Part shown: positions 1 through 9,618 of the stretch, in pieces
Numbering within the stretch: position 1 is the first letter of the stretch
Layout: each line of letters opens with the position of its first letter
DNA from: a virus
Strand: one strand, 5' to 3'
Length of the DNA: 64,000 nucleotides
Virus record (IMG/VR): IMGVR_UViG_3300047378_000694
Location: 96,001 to 160,000 of that record
Program-made: the position numbers and the translations under genes
Notes under the pieces: model-generated
Told to the model about the DNA's origin: nothing
Databases searched by the model: none
The model's input: only the letters and a program-made list of their open reading frames with translations

Positions 1-291
1 CCGATGATAAACATTGATAATTTATTTGATTATCCACTGCCGGTTAACATTGCTATTGATCATCCTAACGATTGTCATATGACTATAAAAGATAACGGGT
101 GTGTTCCATTTAAATCACATAGTGCATTTATGGTTAATATTTTTAATGACCATAGTGTAATAAACAATAGCAGCAAGGATAGAATTCATTTGATAGCACA
201 TTGCTACCTTGGAAATAAAAGAAAAGAATTCTGCGAACTTATTGTTAATAGCTACGAGAAACAACATGCAAAAATACAAAGCCAAGTTTAG
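1..291 (+). CDS. C-terminal part of a 2OG-Fe(II) oxygenase (Asp/Asn beta-hydroxylase-like cupin); truncated by window edge
   Basis: Frame open from base 1; C-terminal 'AFMVNIFNDHSVINNSSKDRIHLIAH' matches the H-S-V-x-N-x-S-x-x-R-x-H-L pattern of this family. Confidence 0.6.
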   Translation, partial: PMINIDNLFDYPLPVNIAIDHPNDCHMTIKDNGCVPFKSHSAFMVNIFNDHSVINNSSKDRIHLIAHCYLGNKRKEFCELIVNSYEKQHAKIQSQV

Positions 292-1414
292 TGCATCAAA
301 AACATGCGTATGTATTGTAAACGATGTTAAAAACTATTCAGTAGACAAGCAAATTGTAATCAATCGTGCAGATTACACTATAAGCAATCTTACTGGAATA
401 GGTTATGATGTTTTTGAAGATACAAGCATAGATAAACTATTGCAACGTGTAAGTGCTATATACGATTATGCTATTGTGATAAGTGCAGGCACAGAATTTA
501 TAAATGGCAATGCATTTTTTGAAAATCATCCTAAGCAATATGAATTAATTGCACACATGCTTGATGGTGGCGATGCGTATTACGGAATTCATCCGCAATG
601 TTTTAGTATTAACTTAACAACTTATATCGACTTAGGTTCTCCAAAGTTTGGTAACGAAGAACCGTTCTCAAGTCATGTACAAAAAAATCCGATGCGTTCG
701 TACAATAATGTACACGATGACTATCTACCAACTTGGGTCTCACCTGGAAAGATTGAAGGAAAATATAAACACAAACTGCCAGGATGGAATCTTGTTAGTG
801 CGTTTCTTAACAAACACAAACATATTGAAACTTATAGTGCTGAAGTACGTGAAAATAAATTTTATCTATATACAAAAGGCGAAACAACTAGTTATGTATA
901 CCAGAAATACAATTATTGTTTAACCACACATGTACACGATACTGCAACGGGCAAGGCTAATAGTTATCCACGTCCATATAACACACCTGTATACGAATTA
1001 GTAACACCTGCTAATAAACATGCTGCTAAATTACGTAGTCCAACAGCACTTGTAAAGTATTACGATTATAATCAAACAGCATTAGATAGTGTTGGCGGAG
1101 GCTTTCATTGCGATCCTATAAACGATCCAGAAAGTTTTGTTAAATGGTTGTCAAAACACGATCCGCAAGGTACAGTAATTGACATGAGTAACATATTCTG
1201 TTACGAGGGCACTGCTATGATGTACAGTTTACAGTATAGAGTACAGCAAGAAAATAAACTGATTGCACTATTACAACAAGAGCTAGGCGATGCTACTATA
1301 ATATTTGATCAACGTGCTGCTGAAGGAATACAGTCTTGGAGAGCAGAAACAGGATTAGTTAAAGATCTACAACTTACTGATTTTGAGAATTTAGATCTGC
1401 CATCATGGCATTAA
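266..1414 (+). CDS. Hypothetical protein, possibly a transferase with a degenerate C-terminal SAM-binding-like region
   Basis: Long ORF; ATG at 266 overlaps the end of the upstream gene and is preferred to TTG at 209; 'VKYYDYNQTAL' and 'IDMSNIFCYE' are only weakly suggestive of a Rossmann/SAM fold. Confidence 0.5.
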   Translation: MQKYKAKFSASKTCVCIVNDVKNYSVDKQIVINRADYTISNLTGIGYDVFEDTSIDKLLQRVSAIYDYAIVISAGTEFINGNAFFENHPKQYELIAHMLDGGDAYYGIHPQCFSINLTTYIDLGSPKFGNEEPFSSHVQKNPMRSYNNVHDDYLPTWVSPGKIEGKYKHKLPGWNLVSAFLNKHKHIETYSAEVRENKFYLYTKGETTSYVYQKYNYCLTTHVHDTATGKANSYPRPYNTPVYELVTPANKHAAKLRSPTALVKYYDYNQTALDSVGGGFHCDPINDPESFVKWLSKHDPQGTVIDMSNIFCYEGTAMMYSLQYRVQQENKLIALLQQELGDATIIFDQRAAEGIQSWRAETGLVKDLQLTDFENLDLPSWH

Positions 1415-2408
1415 ACCGTTCTCGAGTTTTTGCTTTAGGCGCACATATACCGCACCAGCAACTACTTTTTTTGCAGACTATTCCATCACTGTGCATACTG
1501 TTGTATATACTGTCTACATCATTTAGATATCCTATTGGGCCAATATTGCCTTCGTAGTTCATTCTGCAATCTTTGTTGGTAAACACTTCGCCAGTTGTTT
1601 GTCTTATATAAAGAAAGTTGTCAGCAACACTACAAGTCCATCCTTTAAATTTATTTTGGACAAAATTAGTAGTACAACTGCCTGCACACAAATCACGTTT
1701 GCTACAACAGCTACGCCCAGTTGCACTCATGTTTAACCCTTTTACTAGTAAGTGTGCAAGTTTATCTTTGTTTGTTATCTTTCTGCCAATTAGATATTCA
1801 CTCTGTTCTGCATTATAATTCCACCGCATGTCTAACCAATGATGGTCAATTTGCCTACAATTGTATTTTATATTGTGTTGTTTACACCAATCAACCATAT
1901 TGATGCAATCGTCCCATAACTTTGGATGCATCATAATACTTACATGAAAGTTTTTATCTTTTTCTTTACAATACAATATATTTTGTCTAACTAAATTTTT
2001 TTGTTTAGTTGTTGCTTCGGCATGATAGCTTATAGTATAGAAATCAACATATTCACTAGCACGAGCCCATTGCCTACGTCCAACAACAGCATTAGTAATA
2101 AATGCTATACCCATATAAAACTGGTGTTGTTCTTTTTTATTCTTGATGTATTTTAGAATGTCTAATATATTAGGATGAAATAAACTTTCGCCACCTTGAA
2201 TGTTTAAACTTGCTTGTTTTATATTTTTACGCTTAACGTATTCAAATATAAAATCAACAGTATCTAAACATTCAGACTTTAAAGGATGCTCTGTTCTATT
2301 ATCATGCCCATCGCCACAATAGCCGCAATCCAAGTTACACTTTAATGTACTTTCCCATGCAATTTGCATAGGTTGCTGTTCTGCTGGATACAAGGTTTCA
2401 AAATTCAT
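1374..2408 (-). CDS. Radical SAM protein with C-terminal Cys-rich (twitch/SPASM-like) domain
   Basis: CNLDCGYC, GGES, ISYH; C-terminal FKGWTC...C...CKKSSCWCGIC. Confidence 0.9.
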   Translation of the reverse strand: MNFETLYPAEQQPMQIAWESTLKCNLDCGYCGDGHDNRTEHPLKSECLDTVDFIFEYVKRKNIKQASLNIQGGESLFHPNILDILKYIKNKKEQHQFYMGIAFITNAVVGRRQWARASEYVDFYTISYHAEATTKQKNLVRQNILYCKEKDKNFHVSIMMHPKLWDDCINMVDWCKQHNIKYNCRQIDHHWLDMRWNYNAEQSEYLIGRKITNKDKLAHLLVKGLNMSATGRSCCSKRDLCAGSCTTNFVQNKFKGWTCSVADNFLYIRQTTGEVFTNKDCRMNYEGNIGPIGYLNDVDSIYNSMHSDGIVCKKSSCWCGICAPKAKTRERFNAMMADLNSQNQ

Positions 2409-3315
2409 CTATTTTCCATTTCGTAGTACACATTTCGCCAGTGCAGTTACAAACCATTTGATCACAGATTACAGGCGCAATTTTAAATGTGTGATCTCTG
2501 TAGATGTTTTGTCCAATCTCATGTCCGCAATTTCCCCTTACATATCCTGCATGATCTATTTTTGCAATATCAACTCCTAAATGACATATCCATCCTTCGA
2601 ATTGATTAAGATTATTATTTACAAAATAGTTGCCATTATGAACTAGAGTTGCGCCATCAACGAGAACTTGTGTTGTTGCTTTTTTCTTTACACGGTTATA
2701 CCATTCCATGTCAGGTATACGCTTTATAGGCTGTTCCAAGTACTCTAGTTGTTCTTTATTATACTGATGTGTGCCATCAATAATAACAGTTTTTGCAATA
2801 ACTGGAAATTTGTTTAAACTATCTTTTGAACGTTCAACTAATTTCTTTGACTTCTCAAAATTATTTGCATCCATTAACACATCTATGTTTGTTTCGATAT
2901 CTTTTCTATATAACAAATCTGCAACTTCAACTGTATGTTCAACATTACTTTCTTCAGGATGTAAACTAATATGAACTGCATCAAAAATATTATAATTTTC
3001 TTTCCACCAGCGTATGCTTTTGCTTGCATTTGTGCTTACTGTAATTATTATATCTAACTCGTCTTTAAGTGTTCTGCAAAACTTTGGCAAGTCTTTCCAT
3101 AAAGTAGTTTCACCGCCAACTAGATACAGTCGTATACGTCTATTATGAGATCGTAAATATCTCAGTAATGCTGATGACAACTTGTCAGAATCTGGCCACA
3201 ATCTATCACCGGCGTTAGCACCAGGGAAACAATAGCTACACTTAAAGTTGCAAACATTGCCTAGTTCTAATTCTAATGTAAAGTCTGTGTCTAGATTTTT
3301 TATACTGCTTATCAT
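2398..3315 (-). CDS. Radical SAM protein with C-terminal Cys-rich (twitch/SPASM-like) domain
   Basis: CNFKCSYC, GGET, ISLH; C-terminal FEGWIC...GNCG...CDQMVCNC. Confidence 0.9.
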   Translation of the reverse strand: MISSIKNLDTDFTLELELGNVCNFKCSYCFPGANAGDRLWPDSDKLSSALLRYLRSHNRRIRLYLVGGETTLWKDLPKFCRTLKDELDIIITVSTNASKSIRWWKENYNIFDAVHISLHPEESNVEHTVEVADLLYRKDIETNIDVLMDANNFEKSKKLVERSKDSLNKFPVIAKTVIIDGTHQYNKEQLEYLEQPIKRIPDMEWYNRVKKKATTQVLVDGATLVHNGNYFVNNNLNQFEGWICHLGVDIAKIDHAGYVRGNCGHEIGQNIYRDHTFKIAPVICDQMVCNCTGEMCTTKWKIDEF

Positions 3316-4691
3316 AACAAATGTTTTAGTTCAGGAAATACATCCTTGGCGTTTACTCCCCTAATTGTATCAAGTTTGTTTACATACTCTTTAAACCCTG
3401 GTAATAAGTGACTGTTGTCCTGTGCATCCATGTGATTAAGTATAGCTTCCCAGCGGCGCCATCCATAAGGATTTTGTTCCCAGAACACCGGATCTTTAGT
3501 GTAATGATCGTACAAGTACTCTTTAAAATTATAAAATGTTTCTCGTATTTGTTGCTTATCTTCTTTGGGCAATATTTGTATGCTCATAAATGTTGGAATA
3601 TACAACAAGTGCATATTAATTAAGCCGCCTCCGGCTTTAATTCCTTTTATTTCTTCTGTGTTTACTTTACGGAAATTTTGTGATAGTTTCCAATGTATAA
3701 AATCAGGAAGATGCTTGATATTAAATATTTGTATTGCAGTAGCAATGCTAGGACGTATATTATCAGGTGTATTGTCTAGCATGTGTAAATTAGTTTCAAC
3801 AGTATTCCAATCTGTAGGAAACCGTATATAATTGTTGCGTGGCCCAGCTGCATCCATACTCACTCCTACTTTAACAAGTTCAAAGTGTTTCCATAGATCA
3901 ATTAGTTCTTCATCAACTAAGATGCCGTTGGTGTTGTAGCGTAAACGTATGCGTGTATTATATCCTTGTCGTATAATTTCTTCTATAAACTTTTTGTGCT
4001 CTTTAATCATTAATGGCTCGCCGCCAGCAAAATACACTTCACGTAAGTTAGGTATTTGTTTATACAAGTCGTGCCAGAATATTTCTTCTTCGTGCCATTT
4101 ATTATTAAACTCTGCTTTGTCCCATTGCATTTGACGCTTTACTTCAGGATCTTCAAGCTGAGGTTCTAATACTTTCCAATCTTTTACCCACTTGCTGCTA
4201 TCATGCGGGCTACACATAACACACTTAATATTGCAAGTGTGTCCTAAACGCAAGTCTAAATATTGTAATTCGTTTTTGTATCTACCATCTTCTTTAGTAT
4301 CGTTGAGTAATTGAGGAACATCAAGTCCACGTTCCATCCATGTTCCTGTTTCCCATACACGTTTACTTACAACACCCTTTGATTCTTCTTCAAAACACTT
4401 TGTACAACTAGCAGGTATTTTACCATCCATCATAGTGCGTCTTACACCACGCATATACTCACTATTCCAGGCTTCCATAGGAGAACTTTTTGCAAAGTTT
4501 AAATGCTGCCCTGCATCTGTTTTTACAATACCAACAGTATGATCAGTGCCAGCACCACTAGCATTAGCACTACAACACAATCGCATATCGCCGTTGGGCC
4601 TTGTTGCCAAGTGTATCCAAGGCAATGCACAAAACGTCGGAGTAGCTTGTTCAGCAAGCTGCTGTTTAAATAGATTTACAAAATCTGTCAT
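3312..4691 (-). CDS. Radical SAM protein with N-terminal SPASM/twitch-like domain
   Basis: N-terminal CALPW...GDMRLCC...CTKC; core CNIKCVMC, FAGGEP, YNTNG, VSMD. Confidence 0.9.
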   Translation of the reverse strand: MTDFVNLFKQQLAEQATPTFCALPWIHLATRPNGDMRLCCSANASGAGTDHTVGIVKTDAGQHLNFAKSSPMEAWNSEYMRGVRRTMMDGKIPASCTKCFEEESKGVVSKRVWETGTWMERGLDVPQLLNDTKEDGRYKNELQYLDLRLGHTCNIKCVMCSPHDSSKWVKDWKVLEPQLEDPEVKRQMQWDKAEFNNKWHEEEIFWHDLYKQIPNLREVYFAGGEPLMIKEHKKFIEEIIRQGYNTRIRLRYNTNGILVDEELIDLWKHFELVKVGVSMDAAGPRNNYIRFPTDWNTVETNLHMLDNTPDNIRPSIATAIQIFNIKHLPDFIHWKLSQNFRKVNTEEIKGIKAGGGLINMHLLYIPTFMSIQILPKEDKQQIRETFYNFKEYLYDHYTKDPVFWEQNPYGWRRWEAILNHMDAQDNSHLLPGFKEYVNKLDTIRGVNAKDVFPELKHLL

Positions 4692-5290
4692 TTACGTCCT
4701 ATTAACAAAAATCTATTATACAAGGGAAGCTCTAATGTGTCTCTAGTATATACTTTACTTAGTCCGCAAGTTTTTTCAAACTCTTCGAGAGTATTATAAC
4801 AACGTATATGGTCTGGTATATCAACATAATTATTATTTTGTATTGCAATAGCAGTTCCTACAGGCACACGATCTAACCAAGTATCATATTGCTCTTGTGT
4901 AATATGTTCGGTACTAGTATTAATTACTAAGTCTGGTGCATATTCATATTCGTATGTACACATATCACAAGTGACAGCATTAAATTTGCCTTCAATTTCT
5001 TGTCTCTTGCAAATCATGTTAGCAACTTCTTCGCAAGTTGAATCTATATCAATACTACGTATGTCATTTATTTGTAGTTTGCTATTAAATAATAAACTAG
5101 ATAATACCCCGTTCCAGCCACCAAAAATTACAATGTTCTGTTGACGCCAGTGTGAATTATACAGGTGCTCTACAAGCCATACTTTACTTTTTAGTTGACC
5201 TTTCCAGAAACTTTCTAATACGCCATAGTGATTTTCACTGTTACGTACTGCGTCCATCCAAAATGCTACATCATCTAAATCTACTAACAT
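4688..5290 (-). CDS. Class I SAM-dependent methyltransferase-like protein
   Basis: IVIFGGWNG motif I, IDID, TCDM, DLVINTSTEH. Confidence 0.7.
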   Translation of the reverse strand: MLVDLDDVAFWMDAVRNSENHYGVLESFWKGQLKSKVWLVEHLYNSHWRQQNIVIFGGWNGVLSSLLFNSKLQINDIRSIDIDSTCEEVANMICKRQEIEGKFNAVTCDMCTYEYEYAPDLVINTSTEHITQEQYDTWLDRVPVGTAIAIQNNNYVDIPDHIRCYNTLEEFEKTCGLSKVYTRDTLELPLYNRFLLIGRK

Positions 5291-6360
5291 GTTTTAATCA
5301 TACTTTCTTTGATGCTTTTAAAATGCTTGTAATTATGCTTACGTATATCAAGTGTAGCCCGTTGCAATTCTTCAAGACTGTAGTTACTAATAGTATTATA
5401 CAACGAATTTACTGCTTTGTAAAGTCTTTTTTCTTGGTCAGCTTCATCATAACTTTCATCCCATAAATGATCAAATGTTTTAAATCCTAACTCTTTAAGA
5501 TATTTAAGCGTGTGCTTTGGTCCAATAATAATAAATGCTTGTTTACATACAATAGGCTTCCAAGTTTTTTCGCTAAGGAAAATATGTTCATGAACATTCC
5601 AATGGGGTTCGTAATGTGTTTCTGTTACTACATTAATTAAACTATCTTGATATACTAATCTGTTATAATCGTGTGGACGTGAGCCTCTTGAAAAATCTTC
5701 TGTATCAAAATTCAACGGCAACTTGTGTTTGGTAATTTCTTTTTGTTCATTTATAATATCAAATGTTTCTTCTGTAAAGTTTTTGTAGCTCATTACAATA
5801 CTATCATACATAGTAGGCACTTCTTCATATGTTTCGTATTGCTTGTCTAAACAAGTAACAGTGCCTCTGTCCAATAATCCTAAATAATCCATATATGTTA
5901 CAGTTTGTAAACGATGCGGGTGCGGACGGTTGTTCAAACAACAAAAATAATTTGCTCTGTCATATTTTATTTTATGCAAATTATAATCTATTAAATTATC
6001 ATACACTCTATGATACCACTCAGGATAGTAAACAGTTCTGAAGTTTGGATTATCTGTCCATTTTGCATATTCGTTTTCTGCATTATATAAAGATGTTGCA
6101 AATATAACTTTGTGTTGCAAATTATTTTCACAAACAAATCTGTCAATTTTTGGAAAGCGTCTATATGCATATCCTTCTAGTAAATCATGCAGTATTAAAA
6201 ATACATTAGGTCTTTGTAATTCTTCTATATACTCAAATTTATCACGCTCGCGAAAATAACGTATAAAATAATATTCTCCGTCGCCGTTCCAATTTTCGTA
6301 AGCTAGGTAAGGTAATCCAAAAGGATCAGTACATCTATTGTGTTTCTTATCACTATACAT
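5284..6360 (-). CDS. 'EKT' family protein, putative GT-B/GT10-like glycosyltransferase (paralogue 1)
   Basis: CLNNRPHPHR...INVVTET...FLSEKTWKPI...FIIIG...LKELGFKTF...DESYD; shared with three other ORFs in the window. Confidence 0.5.
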   Translation of the reverse strand: MYSDKKHNRCTDPFGLPYLAYENWNGDGEYYFIRYFRERDKFEYIEELQRPNVFLILHDLLEGYAYRRFPKIDRFVCENNLQHKVIFATSLYNAENEYAKWTDNPNFRTVYYPEWYHRVYDNLIDYNLHKIKYDRANYFCCLNNRPHPHRLQTVTYMDYLGLLDRGTVTCLDKQYETYEEVPTMYDSIVMSYKNFTEETFDIINEQKEITKHKLPLNFDTEDFSRGSRPHDYNRLVYQDSLINVVTETHYEPHWNVHEHIFLSEKTWKPIVCKQAFIIIGPKHTLKYLKELGFKTFDHLWDESYDEADQEKRLYKAVNSLYNTISNYSLEELQRATLDIRKHNYKHFKSIKESMIKTC

Positions 6361-7291
6361 CTTGTACTAAATCCATAGCTAATTCAAAATTATGCTTACG
6401 TATTTTGCGAGTAAGTTTATTTAATTGTTTTAGTGTGTACTTTTTTAATAATATATCCAATTGATCTATTGCTGCATACATTCTTTTGTCATTGTCCATA
6501 GTATCATAAGACTCGTCAAATATATTCCCAAATGTTTCAAAGCCAATATCTCTTAATCTTTTCAAAGTGTACTTTTGTCCAATAATTATAAACATCTGTC
6601 CTGCAAGTATAGGCTTCCATGTTTTTTCACTTAAAAATAATCCCGGTTCATTATAAAACGTTTCACTTGTTAAATTAATCAAAGCTGAATAAATTTTTGG
6701 ATTAAAGTCATTAGGTTTACTATAATCTATTGGGTTAGTTGATTCTACATGGTCTACATGCAAAGGTAATAATTTTTCTGTATCTTGCAGATTTTCTTTT
6801 GATAAAGGACTATTTTTACACCTTTGTACAAAATTAGTATGTGTGTCTTTTTTTAAACTTCTAAAACTAACAATTCCTTTATCAATTAGATTCAAATTAT
6901 GGAGATACGCTAAAGCCTCGCATCTATGTTCGTGCTGTCTGTTATTAAGATTGCAAAACCATTTACTTTTGTAATCACGATGTAAATATATATCGTTGTT
7001 TTTATAAAAAGACCTTATAGATTCGAAATGAGAATTTTTATAGACTATTTGCATTTTAGCTATACAATCATTTTGTTTACACCACTGCTGATAAATTTCT
7101 GCACCGTTCAAGTTAGCTGATTTATATATTATTTTATTGCGGTATTTTAATTTGTGAATCTTTTCAAAATATGTATAAAGAGACCCTTCAGAAGTATCAT
7201 CCACAACTATTGTTGTGTTAGAATCATTTTGTAAGGTTTGCGGTAACTTAAAAAGACCTTGTGGATCAGTTAGGTAATGATTGTTTTCCAA
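6353..7291 (-). CDS. 'EKT' family protein, putative GT-B/GT10-like glycosyltransferase (paralogue 2)
   Basis: NLNNRQHEHR...INLTSET...FLSEKTWKPI...LRDIGFETF...DESYD. Confidence 0.5.
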   Translation of the reverse strand: MENNHYLTDPQGLFKLPQTLQNDSNTTIVVDDTSEGSLYTYFEKIHKLKYRNKIIYKSANLNGAEIYQQWCKQNDCIAKMQIVYKNSHFESIRSFYKNNDIYLHRDYKSKWFCNLNNRQHEHRCEALAYLHNLNLIDKGIVSFRSLKKDTHTNFVQRCKNSPLSKENLQDTEKLLPLHVDHVESTNPIDYSKPNDFNPKIYSALINLTSETFYNEPGLFLSEKTWKPILAGQMFIIIGQKYTLKRLRDIGFETFGNIFDESYDTMDNDKRMYAAIDQLDILLKKYTLKQLNKLTRKIRKHNFELAMDLVQDV

Positions 7292-8181
7292 TGGCTAATT
7301 GTCCTATCGACACCTTCTTCGTACGACACTTTAGGCTTCCACCCAGTCTTACTTGTAAGCAAGTTGTGATTACTATTAAGCCACCAAATTTCGCCATGTC
7401 GTGGATCTTTTGTATCCCAGTTGATAGTTCCATTCCACCCTAATTGCTGTTGGATATAATGAGCACAATCTTTAATCTTACGTGGGTCGTCTGGTCCAAT
7501 AGTATAGAAGTTGCCTTTACATGCATCTCTATTTTCAATTACAGCCATCCACGCATCTAGCAAGTCACTGATGTAAATAAAGTTTCTATATGGCTCTGCA
7601 TAGCCTAGATTACAAGTATCTCCTTTTAACATCTGTGCAATAATCTGTTCTGTAATAAAAAAGTCGTTGTCTTTACGTCCGTAACTATTAGTTTGTCTAA
7701 AACTTGCCCACGGAAGACCGTATGCTCTGCCAGCATACTCTAAGTACTTTTCACATCCATACTTAGCAACAGCATAAGGAGCATTTGGATTTGGCTGAGT
7801 ATATTCGTCAAAAGCAACGCTGTCTTTATAAGTTCCGGTTTGTTCTACTTCGTCCGAAATAGGTTGCCAGCCATAAACTTCCATTGTACTTGCAAACACA
7901 AAATACGGTAAAGTGTTAAGTTGTCTACATGCTTCAATAAGATTAACTGTACCAACATAGTTTACTTCACTAAAACTAACTTGTTCATAAAAACTTTTTT
8001 GCACTTCTGTACGTGCTGCTAAATGAACTACAATATCTGGATTAACTTCTTTTACTTCTTGCTGAATACCAGTGTGATGTGTTAAGTCTGTTTTTAATTC
8101 GTGTACTTCTCCAATTGCTTGTAGTCGTGGCAACAAATGTTGTCCTATAAATCCACTTGATCCTGTTAATAATATTTTCAT
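7270..8181 (-). CDS. NAD-dependent nucleotide-sugar epimerase/dehydratase (extended SDR)
   Basis: MKILLTGSSGFIG, HLAA, ASTMEVYG, YAVAK (YxxxK), RNFIYISD; start moved to ATG 8181, which has a TAAGGAG RBS. Confidence 0.92.
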   Translation of the reverse strand: MKILLTGSSGFIGQHLLPRLQAIGEVHELKTDLTHHTGIQQEVKEVNPDIVVHLAARTEVQKSFYEQVSFSEVNYVGTVNLIEACRQLNTLPYFVFASTMEVYGWQPISDEVEQTGTYKDSVAFDEYTQPNPNAPYAVAKYGCEKYLEYAGRAYGLPWASFRQTNSYGRKDNDFFITEQIIAQMLKGDTCNLGYAEPYRNFIYISDLLDAWMAVIENRDACKGNFYTIGPDDPRKIKDCAHYIQQQLGWNGTINWDTKDPRHGEIWWLNSNHNLLTSKTGWKPKVSYEEGVDRTISHWKTIIT

Positions 8182-8197
8182 GTCTAACTCCTTACAG

Positions 8198-8245
8198 TAT
8201 TTACAATCCATTAAGTATATAGTTATTAGATCTGGTGGTTAAATA
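8198..8245. promoter_or_regulatory. Back-to-back late-promoter motifs between epimerase and aminotransferase
   Basis: Minus TAAATA(8203-8198)-CTGT-AAGGAG; plus TAAATA(8240-8245)-CATT-ATG. Confidence 0.6.
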
Positions 8246-8249
8246 CATT

Positions 8250-8837
8250 ATGTTCGATATAGTAGATAACTTTGAAAAACAAATAGCAGAATTCTTTGGT
8301 GCACCTTATGCTGTAAGCACTGATTGCTGTACTCATGCTGTTGAACTATGTTTGCGTTATAAAAATGCTAAAAGTATAACTGTGCCGCAGCACACATATC
8401 TAAGTATTCCAATGACAGGAAAGAAACTTGGCATCGATGTTCAATGGACTAATGCTAAATGGTCTGAATATTATTATCTTGGTAACAATATTTACGATGC
8501 AGCAGTATTATGGAAACCAAACAGTTATGTATCAGGCAGCTATATGTGCTTGAGTTTTCAATTTAGAAAACATTTAAGTTTAGGGCGAGGTGGTGTAATA
8601 CTGCTTGATAGCAAAGAAGACAGAGATGCACTTATAAAATTAGGATACGATGGTAGGCATCGTAATTGTAGTTGGATGGATCAAGATATTAATAGTATAG
8701 GATATCATTACTACATGACACCCGAAACTGCACAGTTAGGATTAGATAAATTGCCTAATGCAATTGCTACTCCTGCAAAGATGTGGACTTGGGAAGACTA
8801 TCCTAATGTATATCATCGCTTAAAGAATAGTGTTTAA
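8250..8837 (+). CDS. Short DegT/DnrJ/EryC1/StrS-family PLP aminotransferase
   Basis: FEKQIAEFFGAPYAVSTDCCTHAVEL, IYDAA, SFQFRKHLSLGRGG (PLP-lysine motif), GYHYYM; ATG at 8250. Confidence 0.8.
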   Translation: MFDIVDNFEKQIAEFFGAPYAVSTDCCTHAVELCLRYKNAKSITVPQHTYLSIPMTGKKLGIDVQWTNAKWSEYYYLGNNIYDAAVLWKPNSYVSGSYMCLSFQFRKHLSLGRGGVILLDSKEDRDALIKLGYDGRHRNCSWMDQDINSIGYHYYMTPETAQLGLDKLPNAIATPAKMWTWEDYPNVYHRLKNSV

Positions 8838-9618
8838 ATACATCGGCTATTCTGTTGTAGTCTGCATTTGTATTAATTAAGTCATATATCCAATTTTGCA
8901 CTTGCTGATTATTTTTAATATTTTCACGTATACATTTGTCTGTAATTTCTTGCTGTAAATCCATAAACGTTTGTTTGGTTGATCTTTTCATTTTCATGTC
9001 TAACGGTTTATACACATGCTCAATTAATAATTTAAAATGCTTTCGTGTGTCAGGATGAATATCATTTAAATTTCCAAATGCTGGATTATAATCATCCCAT
9101 AAACAAGTTGTAATATCTTTTAGATAAGGATTATATAGTTTTGCAAGATTCATAGCAACATTATATTCGTTGTCAGTTAACGGAATTTCTTTTAAATCGT
9201 GCTCAGCATTAATTGGATCAAAACTATGTGCCTGCCAAAGTATTTTGTCGCCGTACATTTTATTTGCAGCAGCAATTGCAGTTGAATTTCTTACAATGTC
9301 GTTTCCTAAGTTCCAATTTTTTGCATGCCAGTCTCTTTTTCCTCGTTGTGCATGAAAGATACTACCAAAGTTGTCCCATTCGCCAAACGTGTTTATTCGA
9401 TCTTCACGCTCAAACCCTGACCATAAGACAATTATTTTATCTTCGGGTGTAAATTTCCATTTTAAGTCAGCTTCGACCATTCGACTCATAATTCCAACAT
9501 TACCTAATCCAGCAATACCTAAGTTATAATATTCACACCCAAGATCAACTGCCATTATATCAGCCCATGTTGGCCAACAATACTTTGTAAAACTACAACC
9601 AAATGCAAATAATCTCAT
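8803..9618 (-). CDS. SGNH/GDSL-like protein with GCS motif (paralogue 1)
   Basis: FAFGCSFT, NLGIAGLGN, WSGFERED, C-terminal NDIHP. Confidence 0.6.
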   Translation of the reverse strand: MRLFAFGCSFTKYCWPTWADIMAVDLGCEYYNLGIAGLGNVGIMSRMVEADLKWKFTPEDKIIVLWSGFEREDRINTFGEWDNFGSIFHAQRGKRDWHAKNWNLGNDIVRNSTAIAAANKMYGDKILWQAHSFDPINAEHDLKEIPLTDNEYNVAMNLAKLYNPYLKDITTCLWDDYNPAFGNLNDIHPDTRKHFKLLIEHVYKPLDMKMKRSTKQTFMDLQQEITDKCIRENIKNNQQVQNWIYDLINTNADYNRIADVFKHYSLSDDIH

